Source: a virus. From it: DNA of 41,667 nt. Location of the stretch: UHGV virus genome UHGV-0205829; one strand, given 5' to 3'. The position numbers and the translations under genes were made by a program. Below the pieces are notes generated by a model that worked only from the letters and a program-made list of their open reading frames with translations, did no database searches and was not told where the DNA came from. Shown one piece after another: positions 1-10,100 of the stretch; the first letter of the stretch is position 1; each line of letters begins with the position of its first letter.

Positions 1-19
1 ATTTTTCATCTCCTTATAG

Positions 20-36
20 TTGGGGTTATGGGAAGT
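20..36 (+). repeat. IR1: 17-bp core TTGGGGTTATGGGAAGT (putative inversion crossover site)
   Basis: Exact 17-mer shared with 886..902 and with the reverse complement of 1752..1768. Confidence 0.7.
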
Positions 37-438
37 GCGGAGGGATACGTGGCCGATGTTATCGACCTGTATAAATTAGGCGCAAATCCAGCCGGATTCA
101 CTGGTTCCTCAGGGGTCGGTTTTGATTCAAACCAAATTCGTATGTCCGTTGGCGAGCGTGGCAATGAATATCTGTATGGCAGTATGGTCTACAACTTTAC
201 CCCTTACAGTGGTATGTCCATACAGGGAACAAAAGCCGGAGCGGCTTATGACGGAGAGCAATTTATCATAAGCGCAGGTGGTGTTACCGGAGGGAGCGTT
301 GCAGTACCAGCGAGTGGCAGCTTTGTGGTCAGAATCCCTTTTAATAATTTTTTTGTGACAGGCGCGCCGACACTAAGATATTATCGCCGGAATGCTGGAA
401 GCACCGACATTGTAATAACCCGGATATGGTTCTCATAA
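28..438 (+). CDS. Alternative tail-fibre C-terminal cassette (silent, plus orientation). Begins inside repeat IR1 and carries the shared motif (V)GVMGS..GYV..DLY..G.N.AGF
   Basis: N-terminal motif shared with three other cassettes. Frame is open upstream to the window edge. Convergent and abutting with 439..852. C-terminal ..RIWFS resembles ..RVWLS and ..QIWLE of its paralogues. Confidence 0.5.
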   Translation: MGSAEGYVADVIDLYKLGANPAGFTGSSGVGFDSNQIRMSVGERGNEYLYGSMVYNFTPYSGMSIQGTKAGAAYDGEQFIISAGGVTGGSVAVPASGSFVVRIPFNNFFVTGAPTLRYYRRNAGSTDIVITRIWFS

Positions 439-852
439 TTATTCCAACCATATTTGATATACCTGCCCCCACATACCGGTGTAGATTACATCTATAGCAT
501 CACTGTAATAAATATCCGATATATTAAATGTTATTGTTTGATTACCATTGCCTAATCCATCCTGATACTTTATCACCCTGTTGGTAGAATGCCTGTAAAT
601 ACTTAACATATGCTGACCTGTTTCGCCTGCTGTCACATTCATGTGAACTTTTAAATATGTATATCCAGTGAGGTTATAAACTTTTGTTGAGTTCATCCTA
701 CTGCCTCCCTGCTGCACATATATTGAGTTCGATTCAAACGTGACTGTGCCGCTATCTCGATAGAATCCAGCAACATTGCTCCCGTATTTATACAGGTGAT
801 TTGCCGATACAACGTAACCGTCATGACTTCCGATAACCCCAATTACAAGCAA
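439..852 (-). CDS. Alternative tail-fibre C-terminal cassette (silent). Has no ATG (TTG at the repeat) and starts MLVIGVIGSHDGYVV
   Basis: Begins at IR2 (one mismatch to the core) and shares an N-terminal ~35-aa block with its paralogues. Lacking its own ATG and RBS fits a cassette that is expressed only after fusion. Confidence 0.5.
   Translation of the reverse strand: MLVIGVIGSHDGYVVSANHLYKYGSNVAGFYRDSGTVTFESNSIYVQQGGSRMNSTKVYNLTGYTYLKVHMNVTAGETGQHMLSIYRHSTNRVIKYQDGLGNGNQTITFNISDIYYSDAIDVIYTGMWGQVYQIWLE
821..842 (-). repeat. IR2: ttggggttatCggaagtcatga (one mismatch in the core), inverted orientation
   Basis: Reverse complement of 821..842 matches the core. Confidence 0.65.
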
Positions 853-872
853 GTATAGGATAGTCTGCGATT

Positions 873-1298
873 ATGTCTTTTATAATTGGGGTTATGGGAA
901 GTCATAGCGGATATGTAGTCACTCCAACTGACCTGTATTTACATGGTAATAATGCTGCTGGTTTTACTGCACAAAATTGTGCATTTGCTGCCGGACAAAT
1001 CAATATATATTCGCAATCATTTCCACACATACAGTGTTCAAGAAATGTTGTTGGATTTTCTGCATTAAATGTAGACGCAAATATATATGAGATAGACGGA
1101 GTACAAAACGGCTGTGGAATTCAAGTTAATATGGCTGGTATTACCTTAAAATCATTATCCGGCTCTCCTGGAAGGCGTGTATTCAGTGTTTCTTTGGCAG
1201 GCGCACAAGTTTCTGGAACATTGACCATATCATTTATTCTCAGATATAAAGCATCGAATGAAGTCGGTGGTGTTGTATATCGTGTATGGTTAAGTTAG
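873..1298 (+). CDS. Alternative tail-fibre C-terminal cassette (plus orientation). Starts MSFIIGVMGSHSGYVV
   Basis: Begins at IR3, the 22-bp perfect inverted copy of the site inside 1290..2039. Convergent with 1290..2039 and overlaps it by 9 nt. Confidence 0.5.
   Translation: MSFIIGVMGSHSGYVVTPTDLYLHGNNAAGFTAQNCAFAAGQINIYSQSFPHIQCSRNVVGFSALNVDANIYEIDGVQNGCGIQVNMAGITLKSLSGSPGRRVFSVSLAGAQVSGTLTISFILRYKASNEVGGVVYRVWLS
886..907 (+). repeat. IR3: 22-bp TTGGGGTTATGGGAAGTCATAG
   Basis: Perfect 22-bp inverted repeat of 1747..1768. Confidence 0.75.
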
Positions 1299-2039
1299 GC
1301 GTATTTGATATATAGCATGGTAAGTTGTGCTTGTTCCACCAAAATCAAATTCAAAACCAATAAACCTTGTGACATCAAACGAGGATATATTAAAAGTAAC
1401 ATTGTACGAAGAATTCCCTCCGTTTACGTTTTGGTAAAGCATGTAATCATATTTTGCACTTCTGCTCGTAGATAAATAGAGATATATTCGGGTGACATTG
1501 TTACCAGAAATAAGGCCCATTGACAATGTTAGCCTACTATATCCTGATAAATTGTAAGACTTGTTTGTAACCAATGTTCCGCATCCAGAAGTGGAGCCCC
1601 CCTCAGGATATAATCCAGATATTCGCAAATAGCCGCTTTCTAGTGTCATGGAGCCTGATTGGCCTCGTCCCATATATGCCCCAAGACCGAAGCCACCCGG
1701 ATTATTACCACGTAAATACAGGTCTTTTGAGTCAACTACCCAACCACTATGACTTCCCATAACCCCAAATATCGGCACATTCTTTTTTATGTTACCTGCG
1801 GTAAGGTTTGGATCCCCCTTCATGATAATGGCTGATGTTACAAACGTGTTCGCCGGAACTAAAACCCGGTCCGATGTTCCAGGCGTAAATGTTCCTCCCG
1901 CCTGTTCATTCATGACTCCGGCTAATGGCTCCCCGTCCTTATCAACGATTACTTTATTCTTTCTTACGTCTGGCGCTGTAGCTGTAATTACATCCAGGTC
2001 TGCGCCTCCGCCCCCTCCAGGTATTAATATCTTTCCCAT
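1290..2039 (-). CDS. Tail fibre protein: constant N-terminal part (~97 aa, Gly-rich GGGGGADLD) fused at IR4 to the currently expressed C-terminal cassette
   Basis: Strong RBS aggaaaggag N5 ATG. N-terminus is paralogous to that of 2070..3173 (MGKI.I..GG..L.DIIT). Internal motif FGVMGSHSGWVV sits at the repeat. Confidence 0.6.
   Translation of the reverse strand: MGKILIPGGGGGADLDVITATAPDVRKNKVIVDKDGEPLAGVMNEQAGGTFTPGTSDRVLVPANTFVTSAIIMKGDPNLTAGNIKKNVPIFGVMGSHSGWVVDSKDLYLRGNNPGGFGLGAYMGRGQSGSMTLESGYLRISGLYPEGGSTSGCGTLVTNKSYNLSGYSRLTLSMGLISGNNVTRIYLYLSTSRSAKYDYMLYQNVNGGNSSYNVTFNISSFDVTRFIGFEFDFGGTSTTYHAIYQIRLT
1747..1768 (-). repeat. IR4: 22-bp TTGGGGTTATGGGAAGTCATAG in inverted orientation, inside the expressed fibre gene at the constant/variable junction
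   Basis: Reverse complement of 1747..1768 is identical to 886..907. Confidence 0.75.
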
Positions 2040-2069
2040 GGCTGCTCCTTTCCTCTATTGCTTATAATT

Positions 2070-3173
2070 TTAAACCATGTAAATTTCATTAATTTTAGTG
2101 CTACAATTACCACTTGCCGCTCCAACGGAGCTTAAACTTACTCCCAATGCTCCACTTACATTTACGTAATCGTCAATCACTATATACGCATCATCAGCAG
2201 TGATTCCGCTAATATCTAATGCGGATGCTCCTGATTTCAGTTTTGTGGCAGTATCTCTATACGTTGCCGCACTATTTGCAGCACCATTTCTTACTGTAAT
2301 AGCAGGTGCATTTCCTGAATTGGATACATATATAGACTGAAACTTACTGATTCCCTTTACTTTATTTCTTGTTCCTACGCCTTGCCATAAGTAACCGCGA
2401 CCACGTCCTGAATAACATTTGCTGTTTTCATAGTATGCCACTGCTCCACAATATATCGAGCCTGTAATAGTAATTCCATTCTCATCAAATACTGTGCTTC
2501 GGGATATATTTGGTACTGGAGGATATCCTGCCGCCGAATAAAAACTGCTAGTGTCATACCCTTGATTACCACATGCCAACCATCCTCCTGTATTCCATGT
2601 GCATTGTTCTCCATTACGATAAAGCCAATGCTTAAGCTCCACTTCCATATGGCTGATTGATTCTATTGATGTGATTTCCCTGTAAAAAGTGTATTTTCCA
2701 TCCACAGTGACAAGATATTTTCCTTTAGCGACTCCAGGGAATAAAAGTACAAGGTCTGTACCAAATGTCAAGGCAAGATTATAGCCAGTCGTAATATTGT
2801 AATTATCGTCACAGCTACATACTGTACATGTTTTCCCCGTTCCTTCGGCATCTGTACATGTGACATTTAATACTCCACTTGAAATATCTGTGCTGAACAT
2901 GCCAAAATAAGGACATTTAAGCATGGTTTCATATATTTTTCCATCTGCGCCCATTGCATTGATTGTATAGTTTCCAACCTCGCTGCAATAAAATATGGCT
3001 TTCCCATCCTTGATAGTTTCGTTCCATGTTTTTCCATTGCATTCAGCCCTTACGCCATCCTCCTCTATTGATATTAAACCGTCTTTATCGGTAACGATTA
3101 TAACCACATTGGATGTTATGATATCTTCCAGGCTCTCGCCTCCTGATATCATACTTATTGATATTTTTCCCAT
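2070..3173 (-). CDS. Tail fibre or receptor-binding protein (second fibre gene)
   Basis: N-terminus paralogous to 1290..2039. Cys/Gly/Tyr-rich beta-type C-terminus. Lies in the tail-tip cluster. Confidence 0.5.
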   Translation of the reverse strand: MGKISISMISGGESLEDIITSNVVIIVTDKDGLISIEEDGVRAECNGKTWNETIKDGKAIFYCSEVGNYTINAMGADGKIYETMLKCPYFGMFSTDISSGVLNVTCTDAEGTGKTCTVCSCDDNYNITTGYNLALTFGTDLVLLFPGVAKGKYLVTVDGKYTFYREITSIESISHMEVELKHWLYRNGEQCTWNTGGWLACGNQGYDTSSFYSAAGYPPVPNISRSTVFDENGITITGSIYCGAVAYYENSKCYSGRGRGYLWQGVGTRNKVKGISKFQSIYVSNSGNAPAITVRNGAANSAATYRDTATKLKSGASALDISGITADDAYIVIDDYVNVSGALGVSLSSVGAASGNCSTKINEIYMV

Positions 3174-3222
3174 CTCTCTCCTTTACATGAACAAAAATTT
3201 GAATGTTTTTTCAATGTTTCAT

Positions 3223-3666
3223 TTACACTCCTTTCAACTTTACCGTAATGTCTATGTCAGGCTTTTTGTTATAACACCTAAAAGTTGCCTGCCCGTTTTC
3301 TGTGTCCCCATCGTCAATCATCCCAAATGCCTTGTTATACGCTTTCACCTGTTCCGGCGTCGCCCCGTCTGCAATCACCTTTACCAGTATGGGGTTGTCC
3401 TCCGTTGTCAGCCCCTCTATCGGCACAGTCTGGGTATATGGGGCCGCAGTGCTCCACCCGGATGCTTGAAGTGTGACGGGTACAACATGGTTCAGGGCAT
3501 TCACTGCCCTATTCGTAGCGTTAATGTCATTCTGTCCAAAACTGTCGCCCTTTTGTGTATAGGTAGTGGCATCTGATATACCATAGGTGCCATCCTCGTT
3601 CTGGGTCAACCTCCATCGTCTGGAACCCTCATATATATCGTCCCTATAATCTGTTTTTAAACTCAT
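3223..3666 (-). CDS. Hypothetical tail-associated protein
   Basis: Position between the tail-tip protein and the fibres. Stop and start abut the neighbouring ORFs. Confidence 0.4.
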   Translation of the reverse strand: MSLKTDYRDDIYEGSRRWRLTQNEDGTYGISDATTYTQKGDSFGQNDINATNRAVNALNHVVPVTLQASGWSTAAPYTQTVPIEGLTTEDNPILVKVIADGATPEQVKAYNKAFGMIDDGDTENGQATFRCYNKKPDIDITVKLKGV

Positions 3667-4067
3667 TACTCAAATGCACCTCCATTAAGTGTGAAAGCCA
3701 GGCGTCTGATTCCTTCGGCCCTTCCTAATATGTTCCTGTATATCTTCAGGCAGGCGGATTCAATACGGTTCAGCTCTTGCCAGTCAATGAATGGGCCGTT
3801 GTCATGATAAAACTGCCTCTCTCCTACATTGAAGGGGAATGTCCCTACGCAGACGTGGTCTATATTGGCCTCAAAGCGGTTAATTTCATCGGCATAAAAC
3901 CCATAATCCTGATAGGTCTTATCCTCTCCCATCTCCTCAAACTTAAAGTCCGGCCACAGAGTAAGCGCCTGGGTCCGTATCTCATTGATGTTGCCCTTGA
4001 TGCGGTTGTAGTCACCGATATTAAAATAATCACTGGCCTGCCAGTCTGTTTTTGGCTGTTGCCACAT
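3666..4067 (-). CDS. Hypothetical tail-associated protein
   Basis: Operon position. Overlaps the upstream gene by 38 nt. Confidence 0.4.
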   Translation of the reverse strand: MWQQPKTDWQASDYFNIGDYNRIKGNINEIRTQALTLWPDFKFEEMGEDKTYQDYGFYADEINRFEANIDHVCVGTFPFNVGERQFYHDNGPFIDWQELNRIESACLKIYRNILGRAEGIRRLAFTLNGGAFE

Positions 4068-6795
4068 AACTCATGTCCCTCCTTGCCTTGATGGTACCGC
4101 TAAGCCCACCATTAAATTTCAGGGTATGGTCCGTTACCCGTATCAGTAGGTCAGGCACATACTTATTTTCCAGGAATGCTATGTCGTTGGCATCAATCCG
4201 TGGCTCTCCCCGGTATGACAGGTCATATTCCCGGTCTGATTTCATGTAGTCCCCAATCCAATCCGCCAGGTTCGCGGCATGGACCGTGTCGGACACAAGC
4301 GGATTATTCCACGCCTCCAGGCTGCCGGTAGGATTTAGCTGTCTGCTTACCTTGGGCTGGGTAGTAACATATTCCCTGCCTGTAACGACCACCTCTGTCG
4401 GCCCTGTGATTCCTGTAAGCTCCACCGTTGCGTAATAGGCACTACTATCCACAATCTCACACCCATATTTCGGGATACTTGCAATACCAGTGAAATAGCC
4501 GATGAACTTATCACACCACTCTATATCCGGTTCATTCCCGATTCCCCAAGCTGCTGTCAAATCTACCAAAAGAATTGAATCTATATAAAGCCTTTTGTTT
4601 CCATAGGTATAAATCCTTAGGTCCCACTCTCCTGTTGCCTCAACCGTGTCAATGGCTGATTTGGTATGCCACACTCCATCTGGCGTAATAGTCTCTGGAC
4701 GTAGATTAATATTAAATGATTCTCTATTGGCAATCGCCCTGACCAAATCGCATTCATCATTTCCCGAATACTCACCGGGCGATTCCTCCCGCATGAAATT
4801 CCCCCGCAAGTAATATTTATGTCCGGATATCATCTGTACAGTTTGTACTATGTGGACTGCGTTTCCATCTTCCGAGACAACGTATGTGCATTTTCTGGCT
4901 GCGTCATACTGTGCGTTGATCCATCCGGTCACGCCGGTATCAAAAGACCCGTTCTGAACCATATTGGTTGCCTCCACATAAACCGGGACGTATGTCTTTA
5001 AATCATAGGATGGATTAGAAAAATAAAACGTATATCGGTTGTCTAAAGCGGTTACACTTATGGTCTCCCTTGCCAGCTCCTTTGCATCCTCTGTACTGAG
5101 ATTGTATATGGTGCGTACGACCTGCAGTTCCCTAACCTTGGTCAGTTGCGTGCCCTTTGGGGTCTTGGTCAACTCTACACCATATTCCAGGACATAATCA
5201 GTGCTGTCGCCGAAGATTATATTGTCCAGCACTACACGGTTATTGGGACATCCCTTGGAAAATTCCAGCACCAACCGGTCAAACTCTGGGAACTCATGGC
5301 TGACCACGTAAGTCTGTGTCAATCCAGGGACTGTATAATCTTCCATAGCCGCGTTATTGTAGTAGGCATGGAAGATAACTGTATCCGGCCAGTTGCGACC
5401 AAATTCCAGGGTTAGTCCAAAACACTTGTATGCCGCCTCCGTAGTTATTTCCACTGTGGGATTGTCCGTAAACAGCCCATCTTCCTCGGCGACGGCCTCA
5501 GACACATAGCCCGTATTGAGATATGTGGCTCCATTGGTCGTCTGCCTGGGAAGGAAATACTGTGCGCCGGATGTGCCTGTGTAATCCTGACCAGGCAGGG
5601 CATACGCTTCCTTTTCCGCGTGGTCAAGTATGGCTGACGCATGGGAAAAGTATGTCTCGTTATCAGACGCCGCCTCCATATCCGGTACAAAACTGGACTT
5701 AAGGATTATCCTGCCGGTCCGGTCCTGGTACAGGATACATCTGCCGGCATTAGCAATCAGCTGCAGGGCTTCCTTATGCGCTACCACCGGCATCGGATTA
5801 ACCACCAGAACGTCCTTAAGATATGGATCTATCCAGTAGTCCCGGTAATCCACCTGGGCATCCGCAAGGACATCCACAGCCATGTCATACAGGCTCATAC
5901 CGTCCGGATGATACCGGCCACGGTAATATGTGCCGTCCATCCCCTCAAAACAGTCTGATGCCTGGAAGTCCATCTCCGTATCATCAGCTGACCATGATTT
6001 CAGTGCAAGTGACGTTCCCGGTATCCACTCAATCGTTCCATCATCCATGGCCTGGCCGTAAAGCGCCTTGATACTCTGACCAATTTCCAAGAAGTTCACT
6101 GTACTTTCTTCATTCTCCACATCATAGGCCCGGTCCTTATTATCCACCGTTACGGAAAAATCTATGGTTGTCAACTCCTCCGATATAGGACTGATATGTT
6201 CTTTTTTGGTTGCGGACAGTATTTTTTTGCTGTCAAAATAGATGCCTATGCCCATCGTTATTTGGTTAATGCGCAGTCTGCTCTGTCCATTGGCCATGAC
6301 AGACGGCACAAAACGGAGGAAGGTTGCAGCCGGAAATATCTCCTCCGTTACATAATGCCCGCTGGCATTCCCGGTTATTTCTACGGTATTGCCATCTGAT
6401 ATGATACTGAAATCCACCGGATACGCCTTGCCAAATTCCACGGTCAGCCCTTTAATGTCGTATTGAACGGGAAACTGGATTTCAATTGCCCCCTGAAGGC
6501 CATCCGTCACGATTCCCTGGTTGAGCACCACGTCTGCTGCATCCCTGGGAAGGAAGTACATACTGCCATCCACCGTGGTATAATCCTGGTCACAGGTTGC
6601 ATACAGCTCCTGTACCTTGTAGTTATCCATGGGCTTCACTAGGTCGGAATAATAAGTATACATATCCGGCTCAGGTATGTAGGCGGATGCCTGGGCCTGT
6701 TGGTTAATCAGGCCGATGGTGACACGCAGATGAGACAGTGGGTTCCTCCACTTCCTGCGCATCATGTCCTTATATTCATTACTTGCCGCCTGCAC
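4030..6795 (-). CDS. Large tail tip / minor structural protein (Tal-like)
   Basis: 921 aa. Immediately downstream of the TMP and a small Dit-position ORF. Confidence 0.6.
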   Translation of the reverse strand: MQAASNEYKDMMRRKWRNPLSHLRVTIGLINQQAQASAYIPEPDMYTYYSDLVKPMDNYKVQELYATCDQDYTTVDGSMYFLPRDAADVVLNQGIVTDGLQGAIEIQFPVQYDIKGLTVEFGKAYPVDFSIISDGNTVEITGNASGHYVTEEIFPAATFLRFVPSVMANGQSRLRINQITMGIGIYFDSKKILSATKKEHISPISEELTTIDFSVTVDNKDRAYDVENEESTVNFLEIGQSIKALYGQAMDDGTIEWIPGTSLALKSWSADDTEMDFQASDCFEGMDGTYYRGRYHPDGMSLYDMAVDVLADAQVDYRDYWIDPYLKDVLVVNPMPVVAHKEALQLIANAGRCILYQDRTGRIILKSSFVPDMEAASDNETYFSHASAILDHAEKEAYALPGQDYTGTSGAQYFLPRQTTNGATYLNTGYVSEAVAEEDGLFTDNPTVEITTEAAYKCFGLTLEFGRNWPDTVIFHAYYNNAAMEDYTVPGLTQTYVVSHEFPEFDRLVLEFSKGCPNNRVVLDNIIFGDSTDYVLEYGVELTKTPKGTQLTKVRELQVVRTIYNLSTEDAKELARETISVTALDNRYTFYFSNPSYDLKTYVPVYVEATNMVQNGSFDTGVTGWINAQYDAARKCTYVVSEDGNAVHIVQTVQMISGHKYYLRGNFMREESPGEYSGNDECDLVRAIANRESFNINLRPETITPDGVWHTKSAIDTVEATGEWDLRIYTYGNKRLYIDSILLVDLTAAWGIGNEPDIEWCDKFIGYFTGIASIPKYGCEIVDSSAYYATVELTGITGPTEVVVTGREYVTTQPKVSRQLNPTGSLEAWNNPLVSDTVHAANLADWIGDYMKSDREYDLSYRGEPRIDANDIAFLENKYVPDLLIRVTDHTLKFNGGLSGTIKARRDMSYVATAKNRLAGQ

Positions 6796-7169
6796 TACTC
6801 CATCACCCCGCAGTCTATCAGGTTCACCTTACAGTCTTTATACATGGTGGGCAGCCCATCCGGACCTATCTCGTCTATCTTGGCCGTCCGGTTCCCCGGA
6901 TACATCCGCTCCGTCTTCCAGCAGTTGTTTTTCATGTCGGGAAACTTGACCGTCACCACAAACTCCTCAAACTCTTTAAGGATGCTACTCCAGGTCGCCG
7001 CATCCAGATAGGACCACTGCAGGCCGTCAATCTTATCCTGGTCACGGCCCACGCGCTGCCCTACGAATTCCCCCAGGGCATTCTTGCCCTGGTTCACGTT
7101 CGTAGCAATGGTAAGGCCCGGCCCCCGGTCATAGTTTGGGTATTCATGTCCGTTGATATAGATTGGCAA
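6795..7169 (-). CDS. Tail component in the distal-tail (Dit) position, unusually small
   Basis: Directly follows the TMP in the same operon. Confidence 0.4.
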   Translation of the reverse strand: MPIYINGHEYPNYDRGPGLTIATNVNQGKNALGEFVGQRVGRDQDKIDGLQWSYLDAATWSSILKEFEEFVVTVKFPDMKNNCWKTERMYPGNRTAKIDEIGPDGLPTMYKDCKVNLIDCGVME

Positions 7170-7183
7170 TCCACTCCACCTCC

Positions 7184-10100
7184 TTACGTTGGCCGCAGGG
7201 TATACCCGCTGCGCTTATCCAGCTCCACCAATTTCTTCTTTATTTCCCGGATGTCGATATTGACCGTCAAGTCCATCCGTTCAATCAGGTCTATGATGTT
7301 CCTGAGCAGTTGCACCATGATTTCCAAATAGTAGTCGCTCATGCCATTACTGCTTGTTTGGGACGCTAAAGCCACCGCCCGGTCCACCATTTCCTGCATC
7401 TTATCTTCAGGCGCCACAATCTCACCATAGTGCCGGTTATCACCAATCATGGCCAGCTGCGGGGTGTTGGCCCGGACGAAACCGCCTTGGGCCAACCGTG
7501 GAAGATGGATGTTCGGTATATTCGGGATAAAATCGGCGCCGATGCCCGGTATCTTATCCGCCACCTCATTTACGGCGTCTATCATGGCATTAATCGCATC
7601 AATAACCCTGTTGGCCATGTTCTCCACACCATCAATAATCATGTTGATAATGCCCTTTATATCTGCCCAGATACCGTCCCAGGTTTCTTTTGTCTTTTCC
7701 TTCACCGTGTCCCATGCGCCGGTAATCGCGTCTTTCATAGCCGTGAACTTCTCATCCACTGCCGTCTTGATTGTATCCCACAGGCCTGAAACAAATTCCT
7801 TAATGGATTCCCATATTTCTGATGTCTTACTCTTGACATTCTCCCAGGCTGTGCTGATGGATGTCTTGATAGCATTGAACAATGTATTGGCCAGAGACTT
7901 AAGCCAATTCCAAAGAGTATTCAAGAGTGCCTTAATTCCGTTCCAGATGGTACTGGTTGCCCCGGATATGGCAGTCCAAGCCATGTTAACAACGTTTTGG
8001 ATGAATGTTACGGCACCAGATACAAGCTCCTTCAATGCCTCCCAGATACCGGAGAATATCTCCTTGATTCCTTCCCAAGCAAGACTCCAGTCACCAGTGA
8101 ATACGCCGACAATGAAGTCAATCACACCACCTAGCGCCGTGAGCAATCCCTCTATGATGCCGGAAACGGATTCCCAGAATCCGAAGAATGTGTCAATGGC
8201 GCTCTGCAAACATGAAGCTATAACTGGCGCTACATTTGTAATAAACCATTCGATGAATGGCTGTATGGCCCCCGTCCACAATTTGGTGACTGCATCAGCC
8301 ACTTTTCCGCCAAATTCCATAAATTTATCAATTAATGGACTGAGGTACTGGTCTTTGAATTCCACAAATCGTGTGGATAGGTTCTGCAATACTGGAAGGA
8401 AATATGTGTTATAGACATCAAGCAACAGTGTTCCGATTTCCGTGAACCCTTGTTTGAAGGTTGCCAGCATTGGCGCCACATGTTCATCATATGTTGTGCC
8501 AATCTTTTCAAAAGTCTCCGCAACCAAATCTTTGATTGTAGAAAAGATAGGTTCAACCGCGCTGAATGTATCCTCCAGGGTTGTCCTGATATAATCCGCA
8601 TTTTCTACGAATGGGGCTGTAATGGTGTCCAGCACATCTGCCGCAAATGTCCCAGCCAATTCCGTGGCCCCCATGAAGGCCTCGGAAAATATTCCGATAA
8701 TATCTGCTGTAATCTGCTTCGCGCTGTTACTCCTGAGGGATGAAAATACCGTTGCAAGTGCTTTGGAAAAATTCCCGCTTATTTCTGCCATCCGTGAGCC
8801 TATGTCGAACATGGACACGAGATATTCCTTGATTCGGTCTTTATTTTGCTGCAGGAACAGGCTGATACCGCCCAGCAGGTTATCCGCTATGGACGCCCCT
8901 ACGCTCGCCATGGAACCTGCAACCTGCCCCAGGCTATAGGCCATCTGGTCAGCAAATGAATTAGCCGAAGCCAACACCTCCGGCGATGTGAATATATCCC
9001 CCAGGCTTCCCTTGATGCTGTCTATGGAGGCTTGAATGCTGTCAAATACGGATGTATCTCCAAAACCATCCCAGAAGCCTTCTTTGAACAACCCAGCAAG
9101 TTCCTTTGCCTTTTCAATTAGCCCTGCATACTTGCTGTCCATCTCATCCACGGCCGATGTATCAAGTTCGCCCATGTCGAACTCATCCGCAGAGTACCCA
9201 CCATCCGCACCGCCTCCGGAACCACCGCTACCGGAGTCTGTCTCCGGGTTGATGATATTGAGTTCATCAATGCCTGTGCTGACACTTTTCATGTCCTTGG
9301 CGGCCTTTTTAGCGGCACCTCCTGCCCCTCCGGCAGCTGCTCCGGCCTTGTCAGCGGCCTGTGCCACTGCCTCCATTCCTGCGGCGGCGGTAGATGCTCC
9401 TCCCCCGCCCTTCTTACCGGTCACCATCTCCGTGAATGCCTTGAATGCATTGGCCAGGCTCATCAGCTTGCTGATGATACGATTGATTACCTGTATGACC
9501 GGTGTCAGCACATTTATAAGACCCTGACCGATTGTGGCTTTAAGACTGTCAAACTGTAACTTCAGGACCCTAACCTGGTTTGCCCAGCCGTCAGCCGTCC
9601 GTATGAAGTCCCCGGATGCAAGGGACAGCTGGTCCTGCACAAACTTGTACCGCAGGGCCACCTTTTCTATCTCTGACATTTTAGCCGTGGTTTTTCCAAA
9701 GCCATTGGCGAGAGCATAGCTGTCCAGGGCACTCTGGGTCATAACAATACCCAAGTCCTTCAGGGATTCCGTCTCACCAGTAAAGACTGATTTCAGCTTG
9801 GTATAGGCCTCGTCCTGGCTAATGTTGTAGAAGGATGCCACATCACCGGCCAGGCCAGTCAAGGCCGTGGACATCTCATAGGCTGCCTGTTCACCAAAGC
9901 CAAAAGCCTTGGCCATTGCCCCGAACGTTCCGGTAAACTTCTTGGCCATGGTCTCTGACAAACCGAAAGAGGTTATGGCATTCTTAGCGAAGTCATCCAC
10001 CTGTTTGGACATCCGTGGGAATGTGACATCCACCACATTCTGGACTTCCGAAAGGTCGGAACCCAATTCAATGCATTTTGCACCGAAGTCTATGATTTTT

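Noticed and set aside
28-1298. The three extra cassettes as independently expressed small tail proteins
   Set aside because: One has no ATG at all and the others have weak or no RBS. All start exactly at the shared repeat, and their orientations alternate. Fusion by inversion explains this better than independent expression, though it cannot be excluded without data.
1-2039. Diversity-generating retroelement as the explanation for variable fibre tips
   Set aside because: No reverse transcriptase, no template/variable repeat pair with adenine-specific mismatches. The repeats are short, precisely bounded and alternate in orientation, which fits inversion.
2375-3576. ORFs 2375..2614 (-), 2995..3576 (+) and 3285..3476 (+) overlapping the fibre and tail genes
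   Set aside because: Embedded or antisense to longer ORFs that fit the operon and have RBSs. No independent signals.
7449-8414. 321-aa plus-strand ORF antisense to the tape-measure gene (others at 8622..8939 and 9036..9527)
   Set aside because: Low-complexity Ser/Ala/Pro-rich translation that mirrors the codon structure of the TMP on the opposite strand. No RBS. Entirely embedded in a well-supported 1022-aa gene.
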